DNA of 64,000 nucleotides from Mobula hypostoma (lineage: Eukaryota): contig NC_086097.1 of the NCBI RefSeq assembly GCF_963921235.1, positions 93,994,001 through 94,058,000 of the forward strand. Reading direction: 5' to 3'. Every line of letters begins with the position of its first letter. The first letter of the stretch is position 1. The translations under genes and the position numbers were made by a program. Shown piece after piece: positions 13,408 to 25,180 of this stretch. The notes under the pieces were generated by a model that made no database searches, had not been told where the DNA came from, and was given only the letters and a program-made list of their open reading frames with translations.

Positions 13408-14234
13408 TGTTACGTACCCCGTAACTGGGTTGCCAAACCAGCTGAAATGGACCACTTAGTTGGAGTCTGGATTACTGGAACTAAGAAAGTTTTATTAAAG
13501 AAATAAGCAACACAGTACTCTAATCGTAAGGATATAAATGCAACAGGTTAGCAATGATAAAACACACATGTACACAGAACTAGGATAATAGGATCAATCA
13601 AGCTCTATCGCAGTCTAGGGGTAAAATGGTCAGTCTCAAGTGACACAGAGTTCAGTTCAGTTTAGCTCAGTTCGCAGTAATCGCTGTTGTGCCGTTGGGG
13701 AGGGAGAGAGAGTAAATGAATATGCAACTCGGATTCCAAACAGACCTTTGATATTCCTCGCAGTTAGCTTGCGGGCGAGCCCTTTGTAATCTCTTCTGAG
13801 GTCACCGACTGTGACCCCTCCGTTCCAGATACGATCATTCTTCTGCGGTGAACCCGGCACCCAGGCAAGGGCGGACACACACACCAGGTTCCCGCCGACC
13901 GTATCTTTCCACCCCGTGCGTCTATGGCTGGTCCTGCGACCAGACCTCCAAAATTCCCACCAACTTGTGGGGGCACACCGCTTCCAGGGTCCCGTTACCT
14001 CATGGTGTCGTGGTGTGTGTTGCCTTAGCGAACCTATCCCTTTTATCCCCCTGCTGGGGTATCGCCTGTCCATCAAACTTCAAACAGTTCAGGTTCAAAG
14101 CAACCGGTCTTGACAATACTCGGAACTGTGTCTCCTTTTCGTTAATCTCTCTCGTCCCCCATTAACATTTCTGAATGTTCCCCCATTGTCCTCTTATCGG
14201 CATCAATCTTCTGATAATTTGGTCTGTTGTCACA
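13408..14234 (-). mobile_element. Solo LTR (827 bp), copy 2 of the same family
   Basis: TGTTACGTACCCCGTAACTGGG...GTCACA with TSD GTAC (13404-13407, 14235-14238); aligns with 4573-5433 over most of its length. Confidence 0.9.
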
Positions 14235-14299
14235 GTACCTTTCATCTTCCTGCATCTCTTGCATTCAAGTCCATGGTGACTACCTACTCCTTGTCCATC

Positions 14300-15098
14300 A
14301 TTTCATATATAGGACCTTGGTCAGACCCCACTTGGAGTACTGTGCTCAGTTCTAGTCGCCTCATTACAGGAAGGATGTGGAAACCATAGAAAGGATGCAG
14401 AGAAGATTTACAAGGATATCCGCCATTTCACCATGGCAAATCTATTTCCCTCTCAACCCCATTCTCCTGCCTTATGCCCATAACCTTTCACGCCCTGACT
14501 AATCAAGAACCTGTTAGTCTTTGTCTTAAATGAACCCAATGACCTGGTCTGTATAGCCATTTGCAGCAATGAATTCCACAGATTCACCATCCTCTTGCTA
14601 AAGAAATTCCTGCTCATCTCTGTTCTAAATGACGTCCCTCTATTCTGAGGGTGTGTCCTCTGGTCCTAGACTCCCCCACCAAAGGAAACATCCTCTTCGC
14701 ATCCACTGTATCTAGGTCTTTCAACATTCAATCTGTTTCAATGAAATTCATCCTCGTTCTTCAAAATTCCAGTGAGTATGGGCCCAAAGCCTTCAATCAC
14801 TGTTTATATAATAACCCTTTCATTCCCAGAATCATTCTTGTGAGCCTCCTCTGAACCCTCTCCAACGTCAACACATACTTTCTTAATAGGGGGCTCAAGT
14901 TGCACATAATACTCCAAGTGAGGCCTCACCATGCCTTATACAGCCTCAGCATTATACCCTTGCTTTTATTCTCTAGTCCTTTTGAAATGAATGCTAACAT
15001 CGCACTCACCTTTCTCACCATTGATTCAACCTGCAAATTAACCTTTAGGGAATCCTGCTCGAGGACACCCAAGTCCCTTTGCACCTCAGATTTTTGAA
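14300..15098. mobile_element. Two abutting CR1 fragments (+ about 14300-14418, - about 14420-15098)
   Basis: RPHLEYCAQ-type coding on + then CR1 3' region in reverse. Confidence 0.65.
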
Positions 15099-16574
15099 TT
15101 CTGCTAGAATGAAAAACATAATTGCATCTGGGTCATAGGCACAGAAGATCATGTAAAGAGGATTCACAAAAAAGAAACCAGAGGTTGTGGTCCACGTTGG
15201 TACCAATGACATGGGTAGGAAGGGAGATGTGGTCTTGCAAACTGAGTTCAAGGAGTTAGGTGCCAAGTTAACTGACAGGACCTCCAGAGCTGTGATCTCA
15301 GGATTTACATGTGCATGTGCTATTGAGGCAAGGAAGATCATACAGTTTTACACACAGCTAAGCAGGTGGTGCCTGAAGGAGGGCTTCAAGTTTCTGGATC
15401 ACTGGGAAGGTGGGACCTATACAAACGGGACAGTTTGCATGTGAACCAGAGGGGAACTAGTATCCTTGTGTGAAGGTTTGCTGGTGCTGCATGGGGGATG
15501 GAGTGTGGAGAAGGGTTCAAACTAGAGTTGCAGGGGGATGGGAACTAGAGCAGGTAGTGGGGTGTTTGTGGGGAATGTCGTAAAGCCTACATACAAAGTC
15601 AGGAGTTGAAAGGTTGAGCATGGTGGGACCAATGTTCTAAGTTGTGTATATTTCAATGTAAGGAATATTGTAGGAAAGATGGATGAGTTAGGGTGTGGAT
15701 CAGAACATGGAATTCTGATAGTGTAGCCATTATTGAGAATTACCTGCATGAGGGGCAGGACTGGTAGCTCCATATTCTGGGGCTCTGTTGCTTTAAATGT
15801 GATAGAGTGGGAAGGATTAAATGGGGGTGGCATTATTAATCAATGGAAATGTAATGGCATTGCTCAGACTAGAGGCTATATGGATGGAACTGAGGAATAA
15901 GAAAGGGATGACCATATTCCTGGGATTATGTTACAGACTGCCAAGAGTCCACAGGGTTTAGAGGAGCAAATTTGTAGAGAGATCACAGACTGTTGCAAGA
16001 AACATAAGGTTGTAAAAATAGCTGATTTTTAACTTTCCAGGTATTGATTTGGACTCCCTTACCACAAAAGGGCTGGATGGAATAGAGTTTGTCAAATGTG
16101 TTCCTGAAAGTTTCCTTAATCAAAATCCCAACTAGAGAGAATACGACACTCGATCCCCTATTAGGAAATGATATAGGGCAGGTAATAGATGTTTGTGTAG
16201 GGGAGCCATTTGTAGCTAGTGATCATATTGCCATTAGTTTCAATATAATTATACAGATTGATAGGTCTGATCCTCAGACTGAGATTCTAAATTGGAGAGC
16301 AGCCAATTTTAATGGTATTAGAAAACATCTGTCAAGCTGGCAAAGGTGTACTTGTTAAGTGGGCAGCCTTCAGAAGTGAAATTGTGAGAATGCAGAGTTT
16401 ATTTACTTCTGCTACAGGCAGTTGGAATAAAAGGCAAGGATAACACGTTTAGGGAACCTTGGTTTTCAAGGGATAGAGGCCACGGTTAAGAAAAAGAAGG
16501 AGGTGCATAGCAGGTATAGGTAGGAAGGAGGAAATGAGGTACTTGAGAATAAGAAATGCTAGAGAACTCTTAAG

Positions 16575-19500
16575 TACTCAACTTCTGGAGCAGCAGTACT
16601 CTCAATCGATACAATTAAATATTCCTGTTTCAGCGTGATACAGCTAAAAAGCACAACTGCTTCCAAGGTCAGTACAGTCACCAAAGATGACTGAATGCAT
16701 TTAAACGAACTATTGCTGCTTAAAACCAACGGAAACAACACCTTGTGGTCGGAATCACTCATGGAGGACACCTCGGAGGAAGCGTAGGCGTAGATCAGAA
16801 TTACAAGTGTGTTTAAGAAAATGGGGTTTTAAACTCCCTATACCGGCTATCTTGCTGGTGAAGGTGCAGACTCTGGTGAATAAAATCAATGATCTCAGAG
16901 CCAGGGTGCTGAATCAGAGGGACACAAGGACCGCGTGTGCCTTTGTTTCACAGAATCCTGGTTAACCTCTTCTGTACCAGATGCAGTGATTCAGATCTGT
17001 GAGTTTACTATACACCATCAGGATAAATCTATAGAGTCTCTCAAAAGCAAAGGTGGAGGAGTATGCCTCACGATCAACTCTTCTTCGTGCACAAATATAT
17101 CAGTGCTGTCCCATTTCTGCTCACCAGACCTGGAATATCTAGCAGTGAAGTGCCATCCTTTTTACCTACCACGGGAGTTCTGTCTGGTCATTCTGATAGC
17201 AGTTTACATTCCACCTCAGGCCAATATCAAGCACGCTTTAGATGATTTGAGTAATGAGATCAATATGCACAAAACACCGCATCCTTATGCCTTCACCATC
17301 GTTTTGGGAGATTTTAACCAGGCAATCTGAAAAAATCACTAAGCAACTACCATCAACAGATCACTTGCAATACCAGAGGAAACAACACACTGGACCATTG
17401 CTACACAACCATCAAGAATGCCTACTGTGCTATTCCACGCCCTCACTTCGGGAAGTCTGATCACCTGGCTGTACCTTTACTCCCTGAGTATAGGCAGAGA
17501 CTGAAGACTGCAGCAGTGAGGACCAAGAAGGTTTGGACAAGGGAAGCACAGGAGCGCCTATAGGACTGCTTTGAATCAGTGGGACTGTATCCAGGGATTC
17601 ATCTTCGAACCTGGATGAGTATGCTGCAGTTGTTACTGACTTCATTAAAACCTGTGTGGATGAGTGTGTGCCCACAAGGACTTACTGTACATTCCCAAAC
17701 CAAAAGCTGTGGATGAACCAGGAGGTTCATCGTCTGCTGAAGGCCAGATCTGTGGCATTTAAGTCTGGCAACCCAGGCCTGTAACAGGAAAAGAGGTATG
17801 ATTTGCGGAGGGATATTTCAATTGTGAAGAGACAATTTTGAATGAGGTTGGAGGTGGCATCGGGTGCACGGTAATTGTGGCGTGGTCTGCAAGATATTAC
17901 TTCCTACAAAGTGAAACCTAACAGCATGAATGGCAGGGATGCATCACTACCAGATGAACTCAAGGCTTTCTATGCCCACTTTGAAAGGGAGAACACAACT
18001 ACAGCTGTGAAGATCCCTGCTGCATCTGATGACCCTGTGATCTCCGAACCAGAGGCCGATGTCAGACTGTCTTTAAAGAGAGTGAACCCTCGTAAGGCGG
18101 AAGGTCCCGATGGAGTACCTGGGAAAGCTCTGAAGAATTGTGCCAACCAACTAGCGGGAGTATTCAAGGACATTTTCAACCTCTCACTGCAACAGGAAGA
18201 AGTTCCCACTTGCTTCAAAAAGGCAACAATTATACCAGAGCCCATGAAGGATAATGTGGGCTGCCTTAATGACTATCGCCTGGTAGCACTCACATCTACT
18301 GTGATGAAATGCTTTGAGAGGTTGGTTATGACTAGTGTGAACTCCTGCCTCAGCAAGGACCTGGACACATTGCAATTTGCCTATCGCCACAATAGGCCAA
18401 TGGCAGACGCAATCTCAACGGCTTTAGACCACCTGGACAACATAAACATCTACGTCAGGATGCTGTTCATCAACTATAGCTCAGCATTTAACACCATCAT
18501 TCCCACAATCCTGATTGAGAAGTTGCAGAACCTGGGCCCCTGCATCTGCCTCTGCAATTGGATACTCGACTTCCTAACCAGAAGACCACAGCCTGTGTGG
18601 ATTGGTGATAACATATCCTTTTCGCTGACGATCAACGCTGACACCTCAGGTGTGTGAGCTTAGCCCACTGCTCTACTCTCTATACACGCATGACTGTGTG
18701 GCTAGGCGTAGCTCAAATACCATCTGTAAATTTGCTGATGATACAACCATTGTTGGTAGAATCTCAGGTGGTGATGAGAGGGTGTACAGGAGTGAGATAT
18801 GCCAACTAGTGGAGTGGTGCCGCAGCAACAACCTGGCACTCAATGTCAGTAAGACAAAAGAGCTGATTGTGGACTTCAGGAAGAGTAAGATGAAGGAACA
18901 CATACCAATCCTCATAGAGGGATCAGAAGTGGAAAGTGTGAGCAGCTTGAAGTTCCTGGGAGTTAAGATCTCTGAGGATCTAACCTGGTCCCAACATATC
19001 GATATAGTTATAAAGGAGACAAGACAGCAGCTATGCTTCATTAAGAGTTTGAAGAGATTTGGCATGTCAATAAATACACTCAAAGACTTCTACATTTGTA
19101 CAGTGGAGAGCATTCTGACAGGTTGTATCACTGTCTGTTATGGAGGGGCTACTGCACAGGACCGAAAGAAGCTGCAGACGGTTGTAAATCTTGGGCACTA
19201 GCCTACAAAGTACCCAGGACTTCTTTAGGGAGCCATGTCTCAGAAAGGCAGCGTCCATTATTAAGGACCTCCAGCACCCAGGGCATGCCCTTTTCCTACC
19301 ATCAGGTAGGAGGTACAGAAGCCTGAAGGCACACACTCAGCGATTCAGGAATAGCTTCTTCCCCTCTGCCATCCGATTCCTAAATGGACATTGAAGCTTT
19401 GGACACTACCTCACTTTTTTTTTAATACACAGTATTTCTGTTTTTGCACTTTTTTTACTCTATTCAATATATGTAATTGATTTACATGTTTATTATTTTT

Positions 19501-19599
19501 CTTTCTCTCTGCTAGACTATGTATTGCATTGAACTGCTGCTGCTAAGTTAACAAATTTCACATCACATGCCGGTGATGATAAACTTGATTCTGATTCTG
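16575..19599 (+). mobile_element. Near full-length Rex1/Babar-type LINE, frameshifted
   Basis: LCFTESWL, AVYIPP, LGDFN, KAEGPDGVP, LSPLLYSLYTHDC, KFADDTT; tail ATTCTGATTCTGA; inverted relative of 9545-12133. Confidence 0.9.
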
Positions 19600-19693
19600 A
19601 AGTGGGAAATTAGGAGGGCAAAAAGAACACATGAGGTTGCTTCAGCAGAGGAAGTGTAGGAGAATCCCAAGGGCTTCCACAGATGTATTAAGA

Positions 19694-20036
19694 GGCATGT
19701 CCTTTTCTCACTGTTACCATCAGGAAGGAGGTACAGAAGACTGAAGGCACACACTCAGCGATTCAGGAACAGCTTCTTCCCCTCTGCCATCCAATTCCTG
19801 AATGGACATTGAACCTTTGGACACTACCTCACTTTTTTTAATATACAGTTTTTCTGTTTTTTGCACTTTTTAAAATCTATTCAAAATACGTATACTGTAA
19901 TTGATTTAGTTATTATTATTTTTATTTTATTTATTATTTTTTTCCCTTCTATATTATGTATTGCATTGAACTGTTGCTGCTAAGTTAACAAATTTCATGT
20001 CACATGCCGGTGATAATAAACCTGATTCTGATTCTG
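19694..20036 (+). mobile_element. Second Rex1-type 3' end fragment
   Basis: Repeats 19282-19599 with its own ATTCTG tail, separated from it by about 95 bp of host CR1. Confidence 0.85.
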
Positions 20037-20345
20037 AGTAAAAGGATAGCAAGGGACAAAACTGTTGCAATTGAATATCAGGGTGGTCATCAGTGCATGG
20101 AGCCTAAAGAGATGGGGGAGATCTTAAATGGACTTTTCACATCTGTGTTCTCTCAGGAGACAAACACAGGGTCTATGCACTAGTGAAGTCATGGACTGTA
20201 TACAGAGGTGTTTGCTGTCTTGAGGCAAATTAGGGTAGATAAATCTCCAGGTTCTGACAAGGTGTTCCCTTGCTCCTCGTGAGAGGTTAGTGCAGAAATT
20301 GCAGGGGCCCTAGCAAAGGTATTTCAAACATCCTTGGGCACAGGT

Positions 20346-20692
20346 AATGTTCCCACTAATTTGTAATGATCAATGTGCACAAAAATCTTGTTCTGGTCAT
20401 TTTTTTGCCCGGTGACAACAACATGTGCGCACTGAGTAATTTCTTCAAAAAAATGGTATAAATAAGCCAGTTCTAAAATCTGCAGACAAATCATCGCAAA
20501 CTCCACGTTGTCAACATCATCCTCATCAGAAACCAGAAAAAGAAAATGTGATTGTGTACGATCATGAATTATACTTAACATGCCAACGAAATAGAGGGTG
20601 ACAATCTTTTGTGCCCAGTTTAAATTCCTTTGTGTGCTAGTAGCAAGAGATGTGTGAGCTTGCACACATGCTCACCTTAGCGGGAACTTCAG
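20346..20692. mobile_element. Non-autonomous hAT-like MITE
   Basis: Imperfect TIRs AATGTTCCCACTAA / TTAGCGGGAACTT; decayed 8-bp TSD GCACAGGT / CCATGGGT; host CR1 rejoins. Confidence 0.65.
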
Positions 20693-20849
20693 CCATGGGT
20701 GAGATGCCGGAGGATTGGAAGATAGCTAATGTTGTTCCATTGTTTGAAAAAGGCTCTAAGAATGGGCTAGAAAATTATCGACTGGTGAGCCTGACATCAG
20801 AAGTGGATAAGTTATTGGAAGATATTCTAAGGATCCAGATATTTAAGTA

Positions 20850-21381
20850 CAGGTTTCCCCCACTATCCGAATGTAGAACATTCCTATGAAACCGTTCGTA
20901 AGCCGAAATGGCGTAAAGCAAAAAAGCAATTACCATTAACTTATATGGGAAAATTTTTTGAGTGTTCCCAGACCCCAAAAAAACCTACCAAATCATACCA
21001 AATAGCACATAAAACCTAAAATAACACTAACATATAATAAAAACAGGAATGATATGATAAATACACAGCCTATGTAAAGTAGAAATAACGTATGTACAGT
21101 GTAGTTTCAGTTAACAGATTTGGGAAGTTTGAGCCAAACTCGATTTGTTGGAAAAAAAACGGCACGTACATGCATGTGCACGTCACGCATGCGCACACAC
21201 CTGCCCGCTCAAGGCTTCACGGTCATAGTAATCTTTCTCGGGGTAAACACAAGTTTAAAGCGAACGTCTTTTTTCGTAAAAGTGAAAATCCTCTTTCCGT
21301 TAACGAAAGCAAGTACTATTGTAGGTCTTTCGTAAAAGCAAAATGTCATAAAGAGAACGTTCGAAAAGCGGGGGACACCTG
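20850..21381. mobile_element. Tigger/pogo-type MITE
   Basis: TA|CAGGTTTCCCCCACT ... AGCGGGGGACACCTG|TA. Confidence 0.85.
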
Positions 21382-22029
21382 TATTTCGATAGATAAGGAA
21401 GATTAGGGATAGTCAATATAGTTTTTGGTGTGGTGGGTGTATCTCATCAATCTTAGAGCTTTTCAAGGAAGTTGATGAAGGCAAGGCAGTAGATGTTTTC
21501 TACATTAATTTTAGTAAGGCTTTTGACAAGATCCTATCTGGGAGGTTAGTCAAGAAGGTTCAGAAACTTGGCATTCAGGATGAGATAGAAAATTGGATCA
21601 AACATTGGCTTCGTGGGAGAATCCAGAGAATGGTAGTCGATGGTTGCATCTCTAATTGGAGGCCTGTGACAAGTGATATATCGCAGGGATCTATATTGTC
21701 GTCTCAATCAATGATCTGGATGATAATGTAGTAAATTGGATCAGCAGATTTTCAGATGACACTAAGATTTGGGGTATAGTGGACAGTGAGGAAGACCATC
21801 AAAGCTTGCGGTGGGATCTGGACCAGTAGGTAAAATGGGATGAAAAATGGCAGGTGGACTTTAATGCAGACAAGAGTGAGGTGTTACACTTTAGGCAGAT
21901 AAACCAGGGTAGGGCATGCATGGTGAGCGGTAGGGCACTGAGGAGGGTGATAGAGCAGAGAGATCTGGGAATACAGGTCCACAATTCCTTGAAAGTGGTG
22001 TCATGGGTAGATAGGGACATAAACAGAGA

Positions 22030-22332
22030 TAGAAACATAGAAACCCTGCAGCACAATACAGGCCCTTCGGCCCACAAAGCTGTGCAGAATATGTCCTTAG
22101 AAATTGCTTAGGGTTACCCATAGCCCTCTATTTTTCTGAGCTCTGTATACCTGTCCAGGAGTCTCTTAAAAGACCCTATCGTATCCACCTCCACCACCAT
22201 CACCGGCAGCCCATTCCACGCACTCACCACTCTCTTGTGTTTTAAAAAAAAACTTACCCCTGACACCTCCTCTTTATCTACTTCCAAGCACCTTAAAACT
22301 GTGCCCTCTCGTGCTGGCCATTTCAGCCCTAG
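22030..22332 (-). mobile_element. CR1 3' end, same subfamily as 3924-4220
   Basis: ggcccttcggcccacaaagctgtgc etc., near-identical to 3950-4220. Confidence 0.85.
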
Positions 22333-24218
22333 GATTTTGGCACGTTGACCTTCATAAATCAAAGTATTGAGTACAGGAGTCAGGATGTTATGGTGAAGTT
22401 GCATACACCGTTGATGAGGCGTAATTTGGAGTATTGTGTGCAGTTTTGGTCACCTACCTACAGAAAAAATATCAGTGATTGAAAGTGTGCAGAGAAAATT
22501 TACAAGGACGTTGTCAGGACTTGAGGACCTCAGTTATAGGGAAAGGTTGAAGAGCTTAGGATTTTATTCCCTAGAATGTAAAAGAGTGAGGGAAGATTTG
22601 ATAGAGGTATACAAAATTATGAGGGGGAGAGATAGAGATAGCACTTTTTCCACTGAGGTTGGGTGAGACTAGAACTAGAGGTCATGGGTTAGGGTGAAAG
22701 GTGGAATGTTTAAGGGGAACATGAGGGGAGGAAACTTCACTCAGAGGATGGTGAGAGTTTTTAATGAGCTGCTAGCAGAAATGATGGATGTGTGTTCGAT
22801 TTCAACATTTAAAAGAAATTTGGATAGGCGCGTTAATAGGAAGGGTGTGGAGGGTTATGGTGCAGTTGCTGGTCAATGGAACTAGGTGGATTAATAGTTC
22901 AGTACTGACTTGATGGGTAAAAGGGCCTGTTTCTGTGCTTTTGTGTTCTATGATATATAAATTAAAACTAAATTATACGCAATTTTTACCGAGGGAACAA
23001 AATTTGAACAAAAAAACTTACGTCTTTTGATCTGTCTATAGGAAATATTCTGCTTGTTTTCTTCTGAGAACCTTTTACTGTTTTGTACAGGCAGTGTTGT
23101 CCTTTTCCCTATGACATCCTCTTCAGCCAGTAAAATTGCTTATCCAGTAGACCAAGGACTCACTCATTACTTCTGTCCTGCTAAATCCACAAATCCAGTG
23201 AAGTTTCCTGAACTACACTATTATGTTACATTCTGTAACTCGCTCTTGTAATTGAGTGTGCACTCTGTCATTCTCTATTTTCCCCTCCCAAGAACCCTCC
23301 AAGACAATGAGATTTCATCCTGTAAGTTTCCATTATTTGGTGTAAAATTTATTTGATTACGTATGATTAAAATATAACCTCGACTTCATTAGCAAAGAAT
23401 CAATGATCTAGCAAATGACCACTATATTTTAAGTTAGCGTGCTATAAAAATCCTTTAACAAACGAATCCTGTAGCAGTGATCTGTGGTAAAACTCCAACC
23501 ATCTGCTGTCTGACTCTTTGGAAGTCTTAAGTGCTCTGGCTCATCAGGAAATCTTCCTGCTTTTGCTTTCTACTCACTGGGGTCCCAGCTCCCTTGCTCC
23601 CTTTCAACTTACCTGGTTCACTGGGTAATTTATTATCATAGAGTAGGTTTTTGTAAATACAGAGATTTCTCACAGTGCAAATTGGGCCTTGGCTTGTACA
23701 AACCAAGCAATGGCATTTTGCTCCCAAAACACTGACAGCTTCAAAGCGACTTTATTGGCTGACATGTCGAATAACTTTGGAATCGTCCTAGAACATCGGG
23801 ATCATCAATGTAGGTTTTTGTAAATAGAACGACAGAGGTGTTTTAAATTTAAGGGAAACCGTAAGAAACTCCTTTATTGTCAACCAAAAACAAAACATAA
23901 AGCACAGTTAAAGCCTGCACATTAGTATGTCATCACATCACACCAGCCTCTTAAAGCGAACCCCAACCCAACCCAACAATGGTAGTTGTAAAGTATCCAT
24001 ACCTTTCCTTCCTTTGCATTACCTCATAATAGTATATAACGTGCAAGAACAATAAATTAAGAGTTATGAACTATTAATAGAAATAACATGCAATAGTCCA
24101 AATTAGCAGATTACATTTCATCGGAGTTTTACACTGTATCAGTGTGTTAAGTGTTTTAGATTTCATCAATTCCCATCAATTTGATTTATTGCTTAAATTC
24201 CTTCTTTTTGTTGTTTAG

Positions 24219-24270
24219 GAGTTCTGGAAGCGGCTTGGTGGTCTAGGAGTTCTTGGGATCACTGCTCCTG
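24219..24270 (+). CDS. IVD: IVD exon 3 equivalent (52 nt)
   Basis: ttgtttag|GAGTTC...GCTCCTG|gtgagt; EFWKRLGGLGVLGITAP, in frame with both neighbours. Confidence 0.95.
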
Positions 24271-25180
24271 GTGAGTTGTAGCAGCCTCATTCTCCATTTT
24301 GGTTCACTTTGCATTACCCAGCAATAAGTTATGTTATTAGCTGGTGGTGGGATATTCAGCATGTGCCTTCAAGGCACTCCTCACAGATAAAGTGGCTAGT
24401 TGGACAGATAATTGAAACAAGGCTTTTGCACACAATCTTGGCTGGTACTTAAGTCCAAATCAAGTTTGCCATATTTTCAACCAGAACTATTTGAATGGAA
24501 TGCGAAATGAAAAGCTTCCTGTCCTGCTTGTGGATAGTGGGACTTCCATTCAAATGGTTGTCCTGACCGGCATTTGATTCCTCAACAAGCACTTACTACC
24601 TGAAATATTTAATTAGTTGTATTTAGCTAAACCAAATTAGCTGTCGTATTTGTAGTTTTAAGTCGCCGTGTCCCAAGAAAATGCTGGCTGGTAGGTTAAT
24701 AGATTCCCATAAACCACTTACAGTGCTATTAAATAGAGAAATGGAGAATGCAATGAACATATGTCAGAATAAGATAAAGGAGATAAGTGGGGGAATAGGA
24801 GAAATGGGCATGCCTACTGGGATCCATGGACCCCTTGGTTAATGGTAGGGTTCCATGGCATATAAAAAGGTGGGAACCTCTGCTCTAAGAGATGACCCAG
24901 AAAGGCTGTGTGACTGTCTCCTATGTTGTGTGAACATATGAGTGAATGAATTAGTTGTGTGAAATGCTTTGGGAAGTTCTGAAGATTTGCTAATATTCAG
25001 CATAAATGTGACAATTTCCTTTTGTGGGCACTCATCATTTTTGGATATGGATGGTCAATGATGGACCATTTTCTTTCAGAATCAGAATTGGGTTTAATAT
25101 CACCAGCATACAGTGGTGCTAGAAAGTTTGTGAACACTCCAGAATTTTCTCTATTTCTGCATGAATATGACCTAAAATGT

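Larger units (their letters stand above)
15165..22952 (+). mobile_element. Long decayed CR1 hosting five younger insertions
   Basis: ORF1 esterase remnant (VHVGTNDMGR), endonuclease, RT (EDWKIANVVPLF, NYRLVSLTS), tail gtgttctatga; sequence rejoins across the inserts. Confidence 0.85.

Noticed and set aside
23839..24051. Possible short solo LTR (TGTT...AACA, minus-strand AATAAA)
   Set aside because: Flanks GAGG and ATAA do not form a TSD and there is no second copy
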